The position numbers were made by a program, and so were the translations under genes. Positions 38,740 through 51,256 of a DNA stretch of 64,000 bases are shown here, piece by piece. Origin of the DNA: Octopus bimaculoides (lineage: Eukaryota); contig NC_068985.1 of the NCBI RefSeq assembly GCF_001194135.2, forward strand, positions 66,768,500 through 66,832,499. The letters are read 5' to 3'. Below the pieces are notes generated by a model. That model saw nothing but the letters and a program-made list of their open reading frames with translations, was not told the origin of the DNA and did not search any database. Within the stretch, counting starts at the first letter, position 1. Every line of letters starts with the position of its first letter.

Positions 38740-40639
38740 GCACTAGTGGGCTTATTGAGAAATGCAGGATATAAATTGAGAAATGCTTGTAACCATACAT
38801 AGGTATGGCCACTAGATATACATATACTTATTGTCTTAAATGTATTGAAATGCATCTGTCTGAAAACATTTTGAAATAATAATATTGTAAATGAGGTTTT
38901 AGACGTTAATAGAATTTGCATCCAGTGATTCCATACGTCAAAAGAGATACATTCTTTTTACCACATTCAACCGTTTGCTTAATCAATTATGCTGTGCGTT
39001 TATGTCAAATTCTAAATATTGTATCTACTTGAGTGTTCATATGTTATCTGATAACTAGTAATAATGTTTATCTTTCGACGCATTCTTTTATCACTCTAAA
39101 TGTAAAGAAATACTTGTGTATTCTTTCCTTTGTCTTTTAGCGCTGAACGTTCTAATATCCTAATACATTATTTTATCAGGTGGTCTTCTAATGTGATTTT
39201 AAGAAGAAAATAATTTGCATTAATGCATATTGTCTTTTAGATATGGTCTACATGTTCTCTTGAATTATGATCTACTCTATATTCCATGTACTAAGTACGG
39301 GATATCATTATATTTTTAATCCTAATTTGGCAAGATAATAGGAATTATTCTAAAGTTATCCGTATCTCTAGCTATCCATTTAATGTTGCCTGTAAATATG
39401 GGACTTACGTAATTGTGTTTTCGGATACGTTTACCATCTAGGTATATATCACTATATGAATAACTGTTTAAGCTTATATATATAAATATATGTATATATA
39501 AATTCACATACGTATGTATATATGTATGTGTCTATGTATGTATATATATATATATATATATATATNNNNNNNNNNNNNNNNNNNNNNNNNNNNNNNNNNN
39601 NNNNNNNNNNNNNNNNNNNNNNNNNNNNNNNNNNNNNNNNNNNNNNNNNNNNNNNNNNNNNNNNNNNNNNNNNNNNNNNNNNNNNNNNNNNNNNNNNNNN
39701 NNNNNNNNNNNNNNNNNNNNNNNNNNNNNNNNNNNNNNNNNNNNNNNNNNNNNNNNNNNNNNNNNNNNNNNNNNNNNNNNNNNNNNNNNNNNNNNNNNNN
39801 NNNNNNNNNNNNNNNNNNNNNNNNNNNNNNNNNNNNNNNNNNNNNNNNNNNNNNNNNNNNNNNNNNNNNNNNNNNNNNNNNNNNNNNNNNNNNNNNNNNN
39901 NNNNNNNNNNNNNNNNNNNNNNNNNNNNNNNNNNNNNNNNNNNNNNNNNNNNNNNNNNNNNNNNNNNNNNNNNNNNNNNNNNNNNNNNNNNGTGACTGCC
40001 CAGTCGGTCGATGGCTTGGCTAGTTATGTCTATCAGTATATATAATTTGAGCATAGACTTTTATGGCTAGTTGTGTGCATATATCTATTTGTGCATATAG
40101 AGCTATGCTTGTTTATTGCACCTTCGTATCTTTATATTTATGTGCATATGCGTTTGCGTTTAAAGGCACACACATTTATATCTACTACCGTCTACGTATG
40201 TATACTTATATAACTGTCTCCCCTCTCTCTCTCTCTCCCTCTTAATCGCCCTCTTTCCCTGTCTATCTATCTCCCTCTCTCCCTCTCTCCCTGTCTCTCT
40301 ATCTCGCTCTCTCTCTCCATTTAATATCTATGTATCTGTTTGTGTGTCTGTGTGCGTGCGGATTTATGTATATATATGTATATGCACATACATGATGCAA
40401 CGGAGAAACTGTAACCACTTTATATTTTATTTTCGCGCATGAGCATTGCTTGTTTTTGATTTTGTCAACTAAACTGTATAGTAGGGTCATCTGGGCACTG
40501 TCTGTGAGAAAAACAACACCATGGTGCAATTCACTCTTCTAGACTTCCATGCATTTGAAAACGAAATGCTGCACTGCTTGGCATTTGCGCCGGAAGATCA
40601 AATACGAACATTTCAGAGTGTTTGGATCTCAATCTGAAG

Positions 40640-40735
40640 ACAGTGCAATCTGAGGACATGTACCTAAAGTGATAAAAGTCAGACATCCAGTCAACATCAT
40701 GGTGTTTAGAGTGACCACTAGTAACGGCGACATTT
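40640..40735 (+). mobile_element. Tc1/mariner-superfamily (maT-like) transposase fragment
   Basis: HVPKVIKVRHPVNIMVFRVTTSNGD resembles VP.VMKTKHP..IMVFGV.TSDG of this superfamily. Confidence 0.5.
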
Positions 40736-40922
40736 TATGGAATAAATTTACCATTTAGTATTTCAAGATACTTTTTTTATAATTTTGGTAAATATAACTA
40801 TCAAAACGAGATGTCAGTGCTATTTTCATTTTTACGTAATTTAGACAACAGTTTAATCAAACGCACCGTGTATATGTATGTGTTTTTGATGTATGCACTC
40901 TCCCCCTCTCTCTTTCTTTCTC

Positions 40923-40967
<45 letters not shown>

Positions 40968-41704
40968 ACATATATATATATATATATATACACATGCACA
41001 TGTATATATAATTTTACCGCTTTAATTTTTTATACTTTCCCTTAATTTCTTGTAAACTAGCTTTTTGCAGCTAGTATTCATGACACTACTATGTATGAGT
41101 GGTTAAACCCGCTGTTAAATATACGTTTTCAAGGATTACTGAATTATCTTGTTTGATTTAAGCCTTAAAGAATAAATGAATGGTCTTAAATTGCTTTTGA
41201 CATATTATTATTATTATTACCATTACTAGTTTTGGAGATTTTATGTTTTAGTTTTTCTTTCCTAAGTTTGGATTACTTTTTATTTTAATTGTTTCTAAAA
41301 ATTCTAATATATAATTATACTTACACTATATTAATACATATTTTGTTTGGTTTTATTTGTAATTTTCCCCTATTAACGACAGTGTCTATTTGTTGGATAT
41401 CGCATTAAAATAAACCATCAACAATTTTTCCAACGTCCATTATAAGTATATTATTATACAACTATTTACGTAACACATGTATTGCATATCGAAACAGTAA
41501 TATGAAATATTATATGACTGGTATTATTTGTTTTATTTACATGCATAAACGATGATTTTGAGTCAAAGCTGTAAAAGTTTGAACAAAAGAACCTGAAACC
41601 TGAACCTCATGACCTAATATTTTACGCAAATAGAAAACTTAAATTTCGTTTTGGATTAGAAAAGGGAAACAAATGTTGGTTTTGTAAGTTTTATTGGAGT
41701 GGAT

Positions 41705-41850
41705 GTGTGGTGACAAGCATACTCCTTGACTACATTGTTCCATATTCAGTCCCACTGCGTGACACTTTGGGCGAGTGTCTTCTACTAAAGCCTTGGGCCG
41801 ACCAAAGCCTTCTGAGTGAACTTAGTAGAGAAACTGAAAGAAACCCGTCA
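41705..41850 (+). mobile_element. Decayed CORE-like SINE head
   Basis: ttcagtcccactgcgtgacactttgggcgagtgtcttctactaaagccttgggccgaccaaagcc...aaactgaaagaaacccgtc. Confidence 0.82.
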
Positions 41851-41878
41851 TATATATATACATCTATATCTATATCTG

Positions 41879-41963
<85 letters not shown>

Positions 41964-42040
41964 GATGGCTGTCTGCTTGTCTGTCTATCTGTCTATCTGT
42001 CTGTATGTATGTATGTATGTATGTATGATGTATGTATGTA
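41851..42040. repeat. Compound (TA)(TATC)n(TGTC)n(TATG)n microsatellite
   Basis: Direct reading. Confidence 0.95.
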
Positions 42041-42042
42041 TA

Positions 42043-42590
42043 CAGGGGCTGGACAGAATAACTGAAGCGCTAGCATAACGAAAACAGCTGAAATGTTTGC
42101 TGTATCGAGAAGTACTGTCTTGGAAAGTAATTACAGCCTTTGAGAAAGAGGGAAAACCTCGTCGTCGAAACAAAATTCCCGAAGAAAACCAAAGCTTTCA
42201 GATAGGGACCGTCGAACTTTTACGAGAATTGTTACAAAGAATCACAAAATTACAGCTTCCAAAATTACTGCAGAGCTTAATGACCACTTCAAGGATCCAG
42301 TTTCCACAACGACTGTTCGCCAGAAGCTGCGCAAATCCAGATTTCACGGTAGGGCTGCAATCAGAAAACCTCTACTTTCAAAAAATAAAAGTTGCAAAGC
42401 GTTTAGAGTGGAGTAAAAACCTTCTTGTTTTTCTAAAATGCACCATAAATATTCAATAATATTGATACCTGGTGGACTGTAGCGGCCAGATAAGATGTTC
42501 AACTTCACTAGAATGTTCCACGTGCCATTCAGTAACAACTTTAGCTGTGTGAAGTGGTGCATTATCATCCTGACTGGTTTGCAACCATAG
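42043..42590. mobile_element. Tc1-like transposon remnant with internal inversion
   Basis: TA|CAGGGGCTGGACAGAATAA TIR start. Plus strand 42043-42421: AEMFAVSRSTV, VSTTTVRQKLRKSRFHGRAAIRKPLLSK...RLEWSK. Minus strand 42422-42590: QDDNAPLHTAK...HLIWP...INIIEYLW. Confidence 0.88.
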
Positions 42591-45500
42591 GATAAAAAAA
42601 TTAGCAGGTTCGAAAATAAGCGTAGTGGCGAACAAAATACTATTTGCTCTGCGTATTAAATTGAAGCCACAGGAAATAAGGTGAGCGAGTTACGTTCATA
42701 ATCATTTAGTAGCGACTCCAGTTGCCTTTACTGGATACCGCCATATTGTTAATGTCAGTGTTGAAACAAGAACTCTGAGATAAGTACTCGACACGTAGTT
42801 ACGTACGATCCTTGGTTACTTCAAGAATACGTAGCTCACGTCAGTATTAAATGCTGCGCATTTGTCATTTCCATCCAATCGACAAAGAATTTTTTTATGG
42901 AAACGACAGAAAATATTCTTCAACAACCTTAAATAATAACTTACCTCGAATTAAAAACGAAGCTGTCATAGACTTGGCGAATAATGAGAATACAACGAAA
43001 AGAAATGCCATCGGTGGATTTATACACTAACTATCCTTGAATTGGTGAATTCATCTATTTCACATTATTGCTTCTTCACAGAGTCGGAGCAACAATTTTG
43101 AAGATAAGAATATGCATGTTGCACATGCTTGCTCAGCTGCATGTGCATTGTGGACCATGCATGTGTTACTGACAATGTGCTACTCCAAGGATTAAATCGC
43201 TTGCAACAGTATGCAATGAACGTAGAGTAACTTCTTTGCAGAAAAATATTTGAGATTTCATCGAAGGTTTTTCGACAAAGTCTCGCAGTCGTCTCTAGCA
43301 CTCAATGATGTTCAGTAATTGAAGTATCCATGAAAATGTATTCCTTTTGTGCCTGAAAAACAATGATCATCCTGTATTTAATCGGTTAAATTACTGTGCA
43401 TCATTTGCAAAGGTAACCTTCGAGATATTTTTAATACTGGCACACGTTTTCCCCGATGACACTATGATTTCACCCATACACTTCTTAATAATGAATTTCA
43501 AGGAATAACTGATTCTATTTGATTATTCGGTTTACCAGCGCTCTACAAACATCAACAATGGAAGGCTGCAAGAGATATTCTAGCAAAAAAACAAAACAAA
43601 AAAAAATGCTGCGTGAGTGATCAACTAACAGATGAAACTGAATAAAATTCATAAAAACGTGATTACACTGAGTAGCCTGAGTTTGAAAACCGAAAAAAGC
43701 AAGTGTCACTTTATTCTCAGCATTCTTCAATTAACTTGATGTATTTATTTTACTTCTTCACGGCATCATATACCATGAGAGGAGAGTCAGTAACGCTTAG
43801 ATCACAGAATTGGTCACTGAAACTGTATTCAATACAAAGACATCAGCGCTATTGGCAAGTTACTTACCATTTTAAACCTTGGCGGAGTTGACCCTAAAAT
43901 ATGCCTACTAATTCCACAGATTTCTCTTCAAAATCCTGACAAAGATTTGCCTTTCATTCTATGTGGTATGCTTTTATTTTGTAGATAAATACAAGTGAAA
44001 ACATCTTTAAAGTTGAGGGGACTGTATCTTCGGATTACAGGACTCATACTCGTATAGAATTATATGTTATTATCTTTTCAGAGTGGAAGACCCAACAAAG
44101 GTAAGAATATTCTCAAAGCAAAGAAAGTTTGACTGCACAACCGGAAATACATATGATAATGGAAATACAGGACATGCGTTAGAAACGTTGATTAGCAAAT
44201 GTAAATGTTGTATAATGTTTTCAAACTGCTTGCAGATTACGAGATGGAATAATTTTAAAAATTATTGAAATTACACATTAAATAATGGAGAAATATTTAT
44301 TTATCTTTCACTGAAAAATTGAACCTAACTTTCAGTTATTTTCCTAATTAAAAGCAGGTAGTATAACATATTGTTTCTGTAAATAAGAATAAATGTAAAA
44401 TTTATTAGATTAAATTTTTTTTCAAAACCGCTTTGATTTGAAACTGATTATATTTTATATTAAATTTTCACGGACAATTTACCAGACATGCTCAACAATG
44501 ATATTAATCTATATCTAGAGTGCTCTCTCTTGTTTCCAGTTTAAAAAAAAATTAGGATTATCACTCCGGATTGACATTGCTTTGTGTCTTTCAAGAAGCA
44601 CAAATCAACTAGCATGCAAGATTCTGCAGAAATTTCTTTAAAGCATTTAACATCTTGGGCTGAATTTAACCCGCACCATCCCCCTCCATCGTCTGACCCC
44701 TTTCATTGCCCTATATTGTCTAGAGACATGAAACTCAGACGGTAATATCGATTTATTTAAGAAGGACTTTCGTTCGGTGAGATATCTCTAAAATTACGTT
44801 GAAATTCGTTTGAATTATTACCAAAGTATGAAGTAAGTTGATGGAAATGCTGTTCTTCGAATATAGTGGGATGCAGAAAATATTCAGTTACAAACCTGTT
44901 AACTTCCGAGTAATACAGAGATTTCTATACACTATCGATTCTTTCATTCCATAAAGAATCAGGCAAATGCATCTTTTATTTCAGATTTGCACATAGAGTA
45001 AAAGTGAAAGGCAAATGCTGGAAAACGTGGCCGAATATAGAAAATGTAGCGACATCTACATTAGTTTGTGAAACCCATCATATAAAATAATTATACCCCG
45101 GAAAGCTAATTATGATAATATAACACAATATAACTACAGGAATCAATTTTGTAATAATCTTGTTTATAATTCTGTCAAATAAACACTGTTGCTATATTAG
45201 AAAATTTATTCCAGTGTTATGCCATATTAATTAACATTAATTCCTTTTACGAAAGCGATATTAATTGAATTACGAAAACTGAAATGATATATTACGACAT
45301 TAATGGCTAATTTTTAGTAAGAATGTTATTGATGTATCAATATAAATATTCTTGGTATTCGCGCTTGTAGATAGAACTGATTATAATTTGAGCAATTTAT
45401 TAATGACTATCTGTTTATCGATTGTCATTTTGCTCTTGTCATGTTAGTGAAGTCATGAAACTCGCGTATATAAAATGTCATAGTATCTGACCTGCTACAC

Positions 45501-45847
45501 TTTAACTTTTGTTTTAAGTTTATAGGTTCGTGTCAAGATTAGATAAATACTGCCTATCATTGTATCAGTTTTCGGGATGTGATTCTTAATTAGAAAAAGA
45601 TACGGATATCTAATCAGTATTAACACGCCGTAATGTATGGAATGTATTTGAAACACAAAGACATGCTACATTTTTTATATGAAAAACGTACTCACTTACT
45701 TGCTTGTAAACATTTGAAATAAATCAATCATATACTAAAGTTTAGAATTTTTACTCAGATATTACCGAAATTTTGAATAAACAACGTAATATGCATTACA
45801 TGAAATTTATATTTACAAGCATATATAACAAAGAATATCACTCTTAT

Positions 45848-46215
45848 AAATGCGGCCCATGTGACATCAGGGCAGTATTCAAGAGTAATACAACACTTCG
45901 CAAATATCTCCTTCGAGTACAATCACCAGTAGAAGAGAATATGACCAAAGACTGCGTATACTCCATCCCATGCAGCTGTGGTAGGTTATACAAAGGCGAA
46001 ACATACCGCTCCCTCAAAATAAGGGTAGACGAACATCGCAAAGCTGTGACACGAGGAGATATTGATAAATCGGGTATTGATGATCATGTATGGAATACCA
46101 CTGGAAAATACGAAGACTAAAAGAAGCAGCACATATGCTTGGACACAACAACCTCCTAAGCAGACCGAGTGCAGGTATGAATAGCATATGGTAAGTGGTA
46201 TTAAGAAAGGATACA
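45848..46215 (+). mobile_element. Penelope-like element GIY-YIG endonuclease fragment (Penelope/Poseidon-type)
   Basis: DIRAVFKSNTTLRKYL...CVYSIPCSCGRLYKGETYRSLKIRVDEHRK...SGIDDHVW; after a deletion/frameshift HWKIRRLKEAAHMLG...LLSRPS. Confidence 0.9.
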
Positions 46216-46599
46216 AAAATATTAGATTTATATGCCCATAATTGCCCACGGGCATAAATATAGAACAATGAAATGAAGTAGATTTTTATGTTAACGATGT
46301 ATTTTCCTTTGTTCAATTACCCCAGACAGCTGTTTTGTTTACTTATCATCCAAAAAGACATTATATAATAATAATATGCATTTGTTTATTATGTCATGGT
46401 CTTTGTGACAGACAGCGGAATAATTGAATAAATGAAAAAATCCATCAATAACATCAAAATCTGCATCACTACATTTTATTTGATGATATTTATTGAACTC
46501 CGTTTAATGAATTCATACTTATAATGATCATTTGTGTGTACACACACACACACACACAGACACATAAACGATGAAATTCCACACTGTTTGCGTTGAAAA

Positions 46600-46715
46600 T
46601 TCACGCACAAGGTACTGGAAGGCGTGGAGCTATTGCAAAATATACCCGCCCAAGTTGCTGCATAGTGAGACTGAACCCGAAATCATGTGGTTCAAAGCGT
46701 GTTTCTTTTTTACTA
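46600..46715 (-). mobile_element. Very decayed CORE-like SINE head
   Basis: cccaagttgctgcatagtgagactgaacccgaaatcatgtggttc matches the family head in reverse. Confidence 0.55.
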
Positions 46716-49700
46716 CAGCTAGGTCTGAGCCTAATTATCCAAATATAATTTCTCCTCCAAAAATTGTTTCTAACATCTTAAAGAAACCTAATTGAGTTCA
46801 AATCACTTCTATAGTATGCAATAGGATGTTTCCTTTGTACAAATGGATGCTCCTTCAGATGAGGGACAAAATTAAACATAGTAAAAAGTTTCTTTTCGAT
46901 TATTTTTGTAACTTTTGGTTTCAAATCATTGAGCAATTCTAATCGAAATGTTTGCTTTTTGAATACTTCTTCCATTTTGTGTGTTTTAAATATGAAGACG
47001 CAAACTATACTTTTCACCAAATCAAGCTCGCTAATAGATTTAAATCCATATTCAACGTGTATCTTGTTCATTTAGCTTAATTTGTATACCTCTAATAATG
47101 ACTGGGTCACAGTTATAATTAAACCAAGTATCACTATTAGCAGCACACATTAAACTAGTCTAATATAATAGCAATCGGAAATAACGATTGTTATGAATAT
47201 CGACAATAGATTTACGAGGCTATGTTTTTTATCCTAATACAAAATTTTAAAATATGGCAGGCCAATATTTACACATTATAAAATTAGGCTATATAATTTC
47301 GAATAGTGTGGCTGAGTCTAGCATAGAGGAAGAATAATTATGCCACAATTATCAATGCATAAATTCCCACCTTGACCAATACGGTTGATTTTAAGTATCA
47401 GTCGGACTTCAAACATTGAATATTTCATCAATGCCAGAACAGAGTTATAAAACGCTGTATGGCCTGATGTCATTGGTATGCATTGCATTAGGACTTGTAA
47501 CAGAATTGGACTTATACTATCAAGGAATAGTGCAGAACAGAGTTCCTTCAATCCAACATAAACTTTCGCCTTCAAGCCTGATTCACAAATTCTTGGATAT
47601 ATTTTCGATTCAAACCTTGTCATCATAGATAACGGTAAAGAGGAACAATATCAGTGATGCATGGAAAACAAGTTCTATTAGTCGAGTTGAATGAAAAAGA
47701 TATCATAATCGCATTGGTGTAAGTTTGAAATTTTGGAGGAGGAGGCAAAGCCCTACAAAGAAAGATTATGGTGTAGAACTCAAAACTGTTTTCTCAAACT
47801 ATTTCTGAAAGACTTAAAAAAGATGTTCTTTTTGATTAGTCACTTAGAGAGCACCGACGTTTAAGGCTTCTTGTTCGATTATCCAAGTAGACACCACGGG
47901 CGTTGCCAAGAAAAAAATAAAAGAACACTTCAGAGGAAATAAGTCAACGTTTCACTGGTGAACCAAACTCACGACCAAATGTTTATTCTCTGCTTTCTTG
48001 TTAAAATGTTTCCCAGAAAAAAAAAGTTTCATAAAAATAATTGGCTTACCTAAAGGGCTCGGAAGCCACGTAAGTATATTGACACAAATACTGAATGGAA
48101 ACTTTTGAAAACATTCATACAATCTGGCCAATTCACGCAGGGGCTTCACTTCTTGCCAAAGGAAATAGAAATGAATGCTTCATATATGTATATGTGTCGC
48201 ACTATACGGTGAGCTGGTTTCTGTCCGAATTTTCTGAACAAATAAACCAACGAAAAAGGGGAATCTTCTGACAATCAGGTGCAGTTCTTGGTAAGTTTCA
48301 TATCAATTTCCAAACCAGTGACGCTATAAGCTTCAAGCAATTAAATGAGACACTTGATGAAATATAAGCGTGCAACAGTGAAACGTTTAGTGACAAGACA
48401 ACTGGTCTAGTTTTCTTTATGTGATTTGCTGGCACGTTACCCGACGAATTGAAGGATAATAAAATCATTCTTTTTGGGTTTGAAAATTATACAATATAGC
48501 TGTCCAGTTCTAAAATGTATAATCATTTCCACATGTCATAGCCAAGGAAATTGTAAGCATGAGCAGCAGATTAAAATTCCAAATAAAATAAATTCTCAAT
48601 TGCGTAATACTCCCATATTCTTTACTAAGTAGAAGTAAATCCAAATACGTCGGACAGAGGATATCGTCAGAATGAGTAAATATAGCCATAAAATATAATC
48701 TTCTGTTCAGAAGGTTCAAATGGAGAGGACAATAATATCAACGTTCAAATATTGCAAGTGCCTCGTAAACAGGGGATGATTGTGCTCGAAGATTTTCCTA
48801 ACGTTGACAAGTGAGTATCAGAGTGTTCATGGCGTTTGGCTTATTATAAATTTATTGAGTATAAGATCAACCCATTAAAATGGGGAGTGGGGAATCAAAT
48901 TATGCCACAACATCCTTAGTACAAGCAAGCAACATTATGTGTTCTCTGACAAATACTTCTGTATCTGATTAGACTGAGAATACCTATTCTAGTAGAGAAG
49001 CATATGTCGTCACTGACTGAACTTCGTAACTTTGTCAGTATGTGCCGTTAGTTCTTTATAGCTACACATTTGGAACTTGCTATTTTGCATTTCCATTGCG
49101 CATATTCTTTAAAGCCCAATATGTATGCAATATACACTTTCACTATAAGAGCACAAATGTTTATTAAATTATATACATGTATTTATTTTACACATATACG
49201 ACCATTAGATACGGATAACGAACGCGGAGTCGCGTTAATGTTTTCCAAATCAATTTAATCACTGTTTCATATTTGTTCATTATCCATTTAAACAATATTT
49301 CAACATGTATTTGTTTATTTTTTCAGGTACATTTTAATTCAGAATCGTTTTAGCTTTATAACAGCAAAACTACTTTCATTTTAATTAATTGAAGTAATGT
49401 CTTTGTACTATATCTGTTGGAAGAACGACATAGTTCATAAATCAGCCAATGAACCATAATTGTACACTTGTAATTTCTATAGCGTTGGATTATTTCAACG
49501 TCGTTGAAATTCATTTTAGGATCAAGAATAAAAAAATTACGTCATATCTTAAGCGTATGTTTATCAACAAACGTATGTAAAATTAAACATCATTCAAAGA
49601 TTTCTCGTTGTCTCAATGCGTATTGCATACGATTGTAAAACTTAATAAACCTTTTCTCTTCAACTCAAAGCTATGTAGCACAAATAAATTTTGCTGAATT

Positions 49701-51140
49701 TTTAAATAAGCGTAAATATTAAATAGTTTATCTTTAAGTATGCAACGCACATATGAATAAAAATCATGATTCTATTCAATTCCGACGGAGATTTGTAAGT
49801 TACATAAAATATTTCGATATTTCTTGTTTTATGAATAATTACTTCATCATCGTCACCAGCAGAATTTCTACAACGTAATATTACTGTGTAAATCTAAAAT
49901 TGTAATCATTTTAAATTCAAACCACAGTGTATACATCTGATTAACGATGATGAAATAATGGAGATATTTGATGCAGTACATTGACATTAATTTAACCTAG
50001 TAGAGGTAAATTGATATTCAATTTCCGTAATTATAGAAATATTTTTTTAGTAATTCACATTCCACTATATTTATTTACACTTTTATGGCATGTAATTATA
50101 CCCGTACATTATGTACTCGATGGACACGTAGGTGGCTTGTTATGTCTTTTATAGTATTTAAAATCTAAATAGTGATGCCCATCAATTTTTTCTTTCAGTT
50201 TATAACTCGAAAAGAATTACAATTGAGTTGAATCTACCATCTTTTCCTATCCAGAAGGACATACAAATCTCGCAATGCTACATGAAAATAAATATTTCAA
50301 TTCTAAAGTTGCTTCGGAATTGAAACACATTTGAAAATCTATAATCCCAAATTTTGAAGTGATACACTAATGAAATAATTGTTCTCTACTCAGTTTTTAC
50401 ATACACTCTACAACTGTTTATCAACGTTTTCTAGTGACATATTTCTAGTAAGTTCATAAAAATATAGATGGCAGACCATATCTACGCTTGCCTTGTATAA
50501 TAAACGTTCGTCTTTAAATAATAATTTAATACTATAAGATTTTCTTATTCATATTCTGATGCCCTTAGATAAGTGATATCCCCCCCCCCCACACAAAAAA
50601 AAAATCCATGGGTACTGGCGTCAGCTTTAGAACGCATATTAAAAAATGGTATAATCACAGCAATGCAGCTTATATACTACCTTGTTATTATTGTCCTTGA
50701 TCAAATATAAATATATAAACATTAGAGAATATGTCTTACTGCTGTTGCTGTTTACTACCTATCAAGCATCGCAGAATTTACGTATCGTCATAGTTACTTA
50801 ATGAAGCAACGTAAATGGTATCTGATCCTTCAAACTGTATTTTCTAACAATTATATAATAAAAACGCTCCTCAATTTGGATATTATACCGAATAGTGTGG
50901 GCTCTGCTGTTCATATTTTTCACGATAAAGTTTATTTCGCTATGGCTGCTGACACTACTGTTCAACCGGAGGTCTCCTCTGCATAAAAAGATATATTAAC
51001 AAAGAAATTCCGCCTATAGTTATCTAGGTGGTGCTTTATCATAATTTGTTATAATAGTAGGGGCTCGTCACTTTCATTACCAGCAGGTAGAATGTCTATG
51101 TAAATCAATGTTTACTTGATGCTAATGTTTGTACTTTCAG

Positions 51141-51256
51141 GTATATTTCCTAGTATTCATTATTGCAACGGACGATATTGCAAATTCGGTTGCAGTGTAG
51201 CAGATGTGCTGAATATATAGTTGTGGCTCTATAATTTCCTGTTATCAGAGAAGCAT
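51141..51256 (+). other. Candidate 116-nt exon (non-coding or stop-containing)
   Basis: GCTAAT branch-like site plus GTTTGTACTTTCAG acceptor; donor CAT|GTAAGT. The best frame has a single TAG at 51218-51220. Confidence 0.3.

Noticed and set aside
42940-43301. Minus-strand ORF and a donor-like GTAAG near 42945
   Set aside because: Multiple stops in the frame leading to the donor; no recognisable motif.
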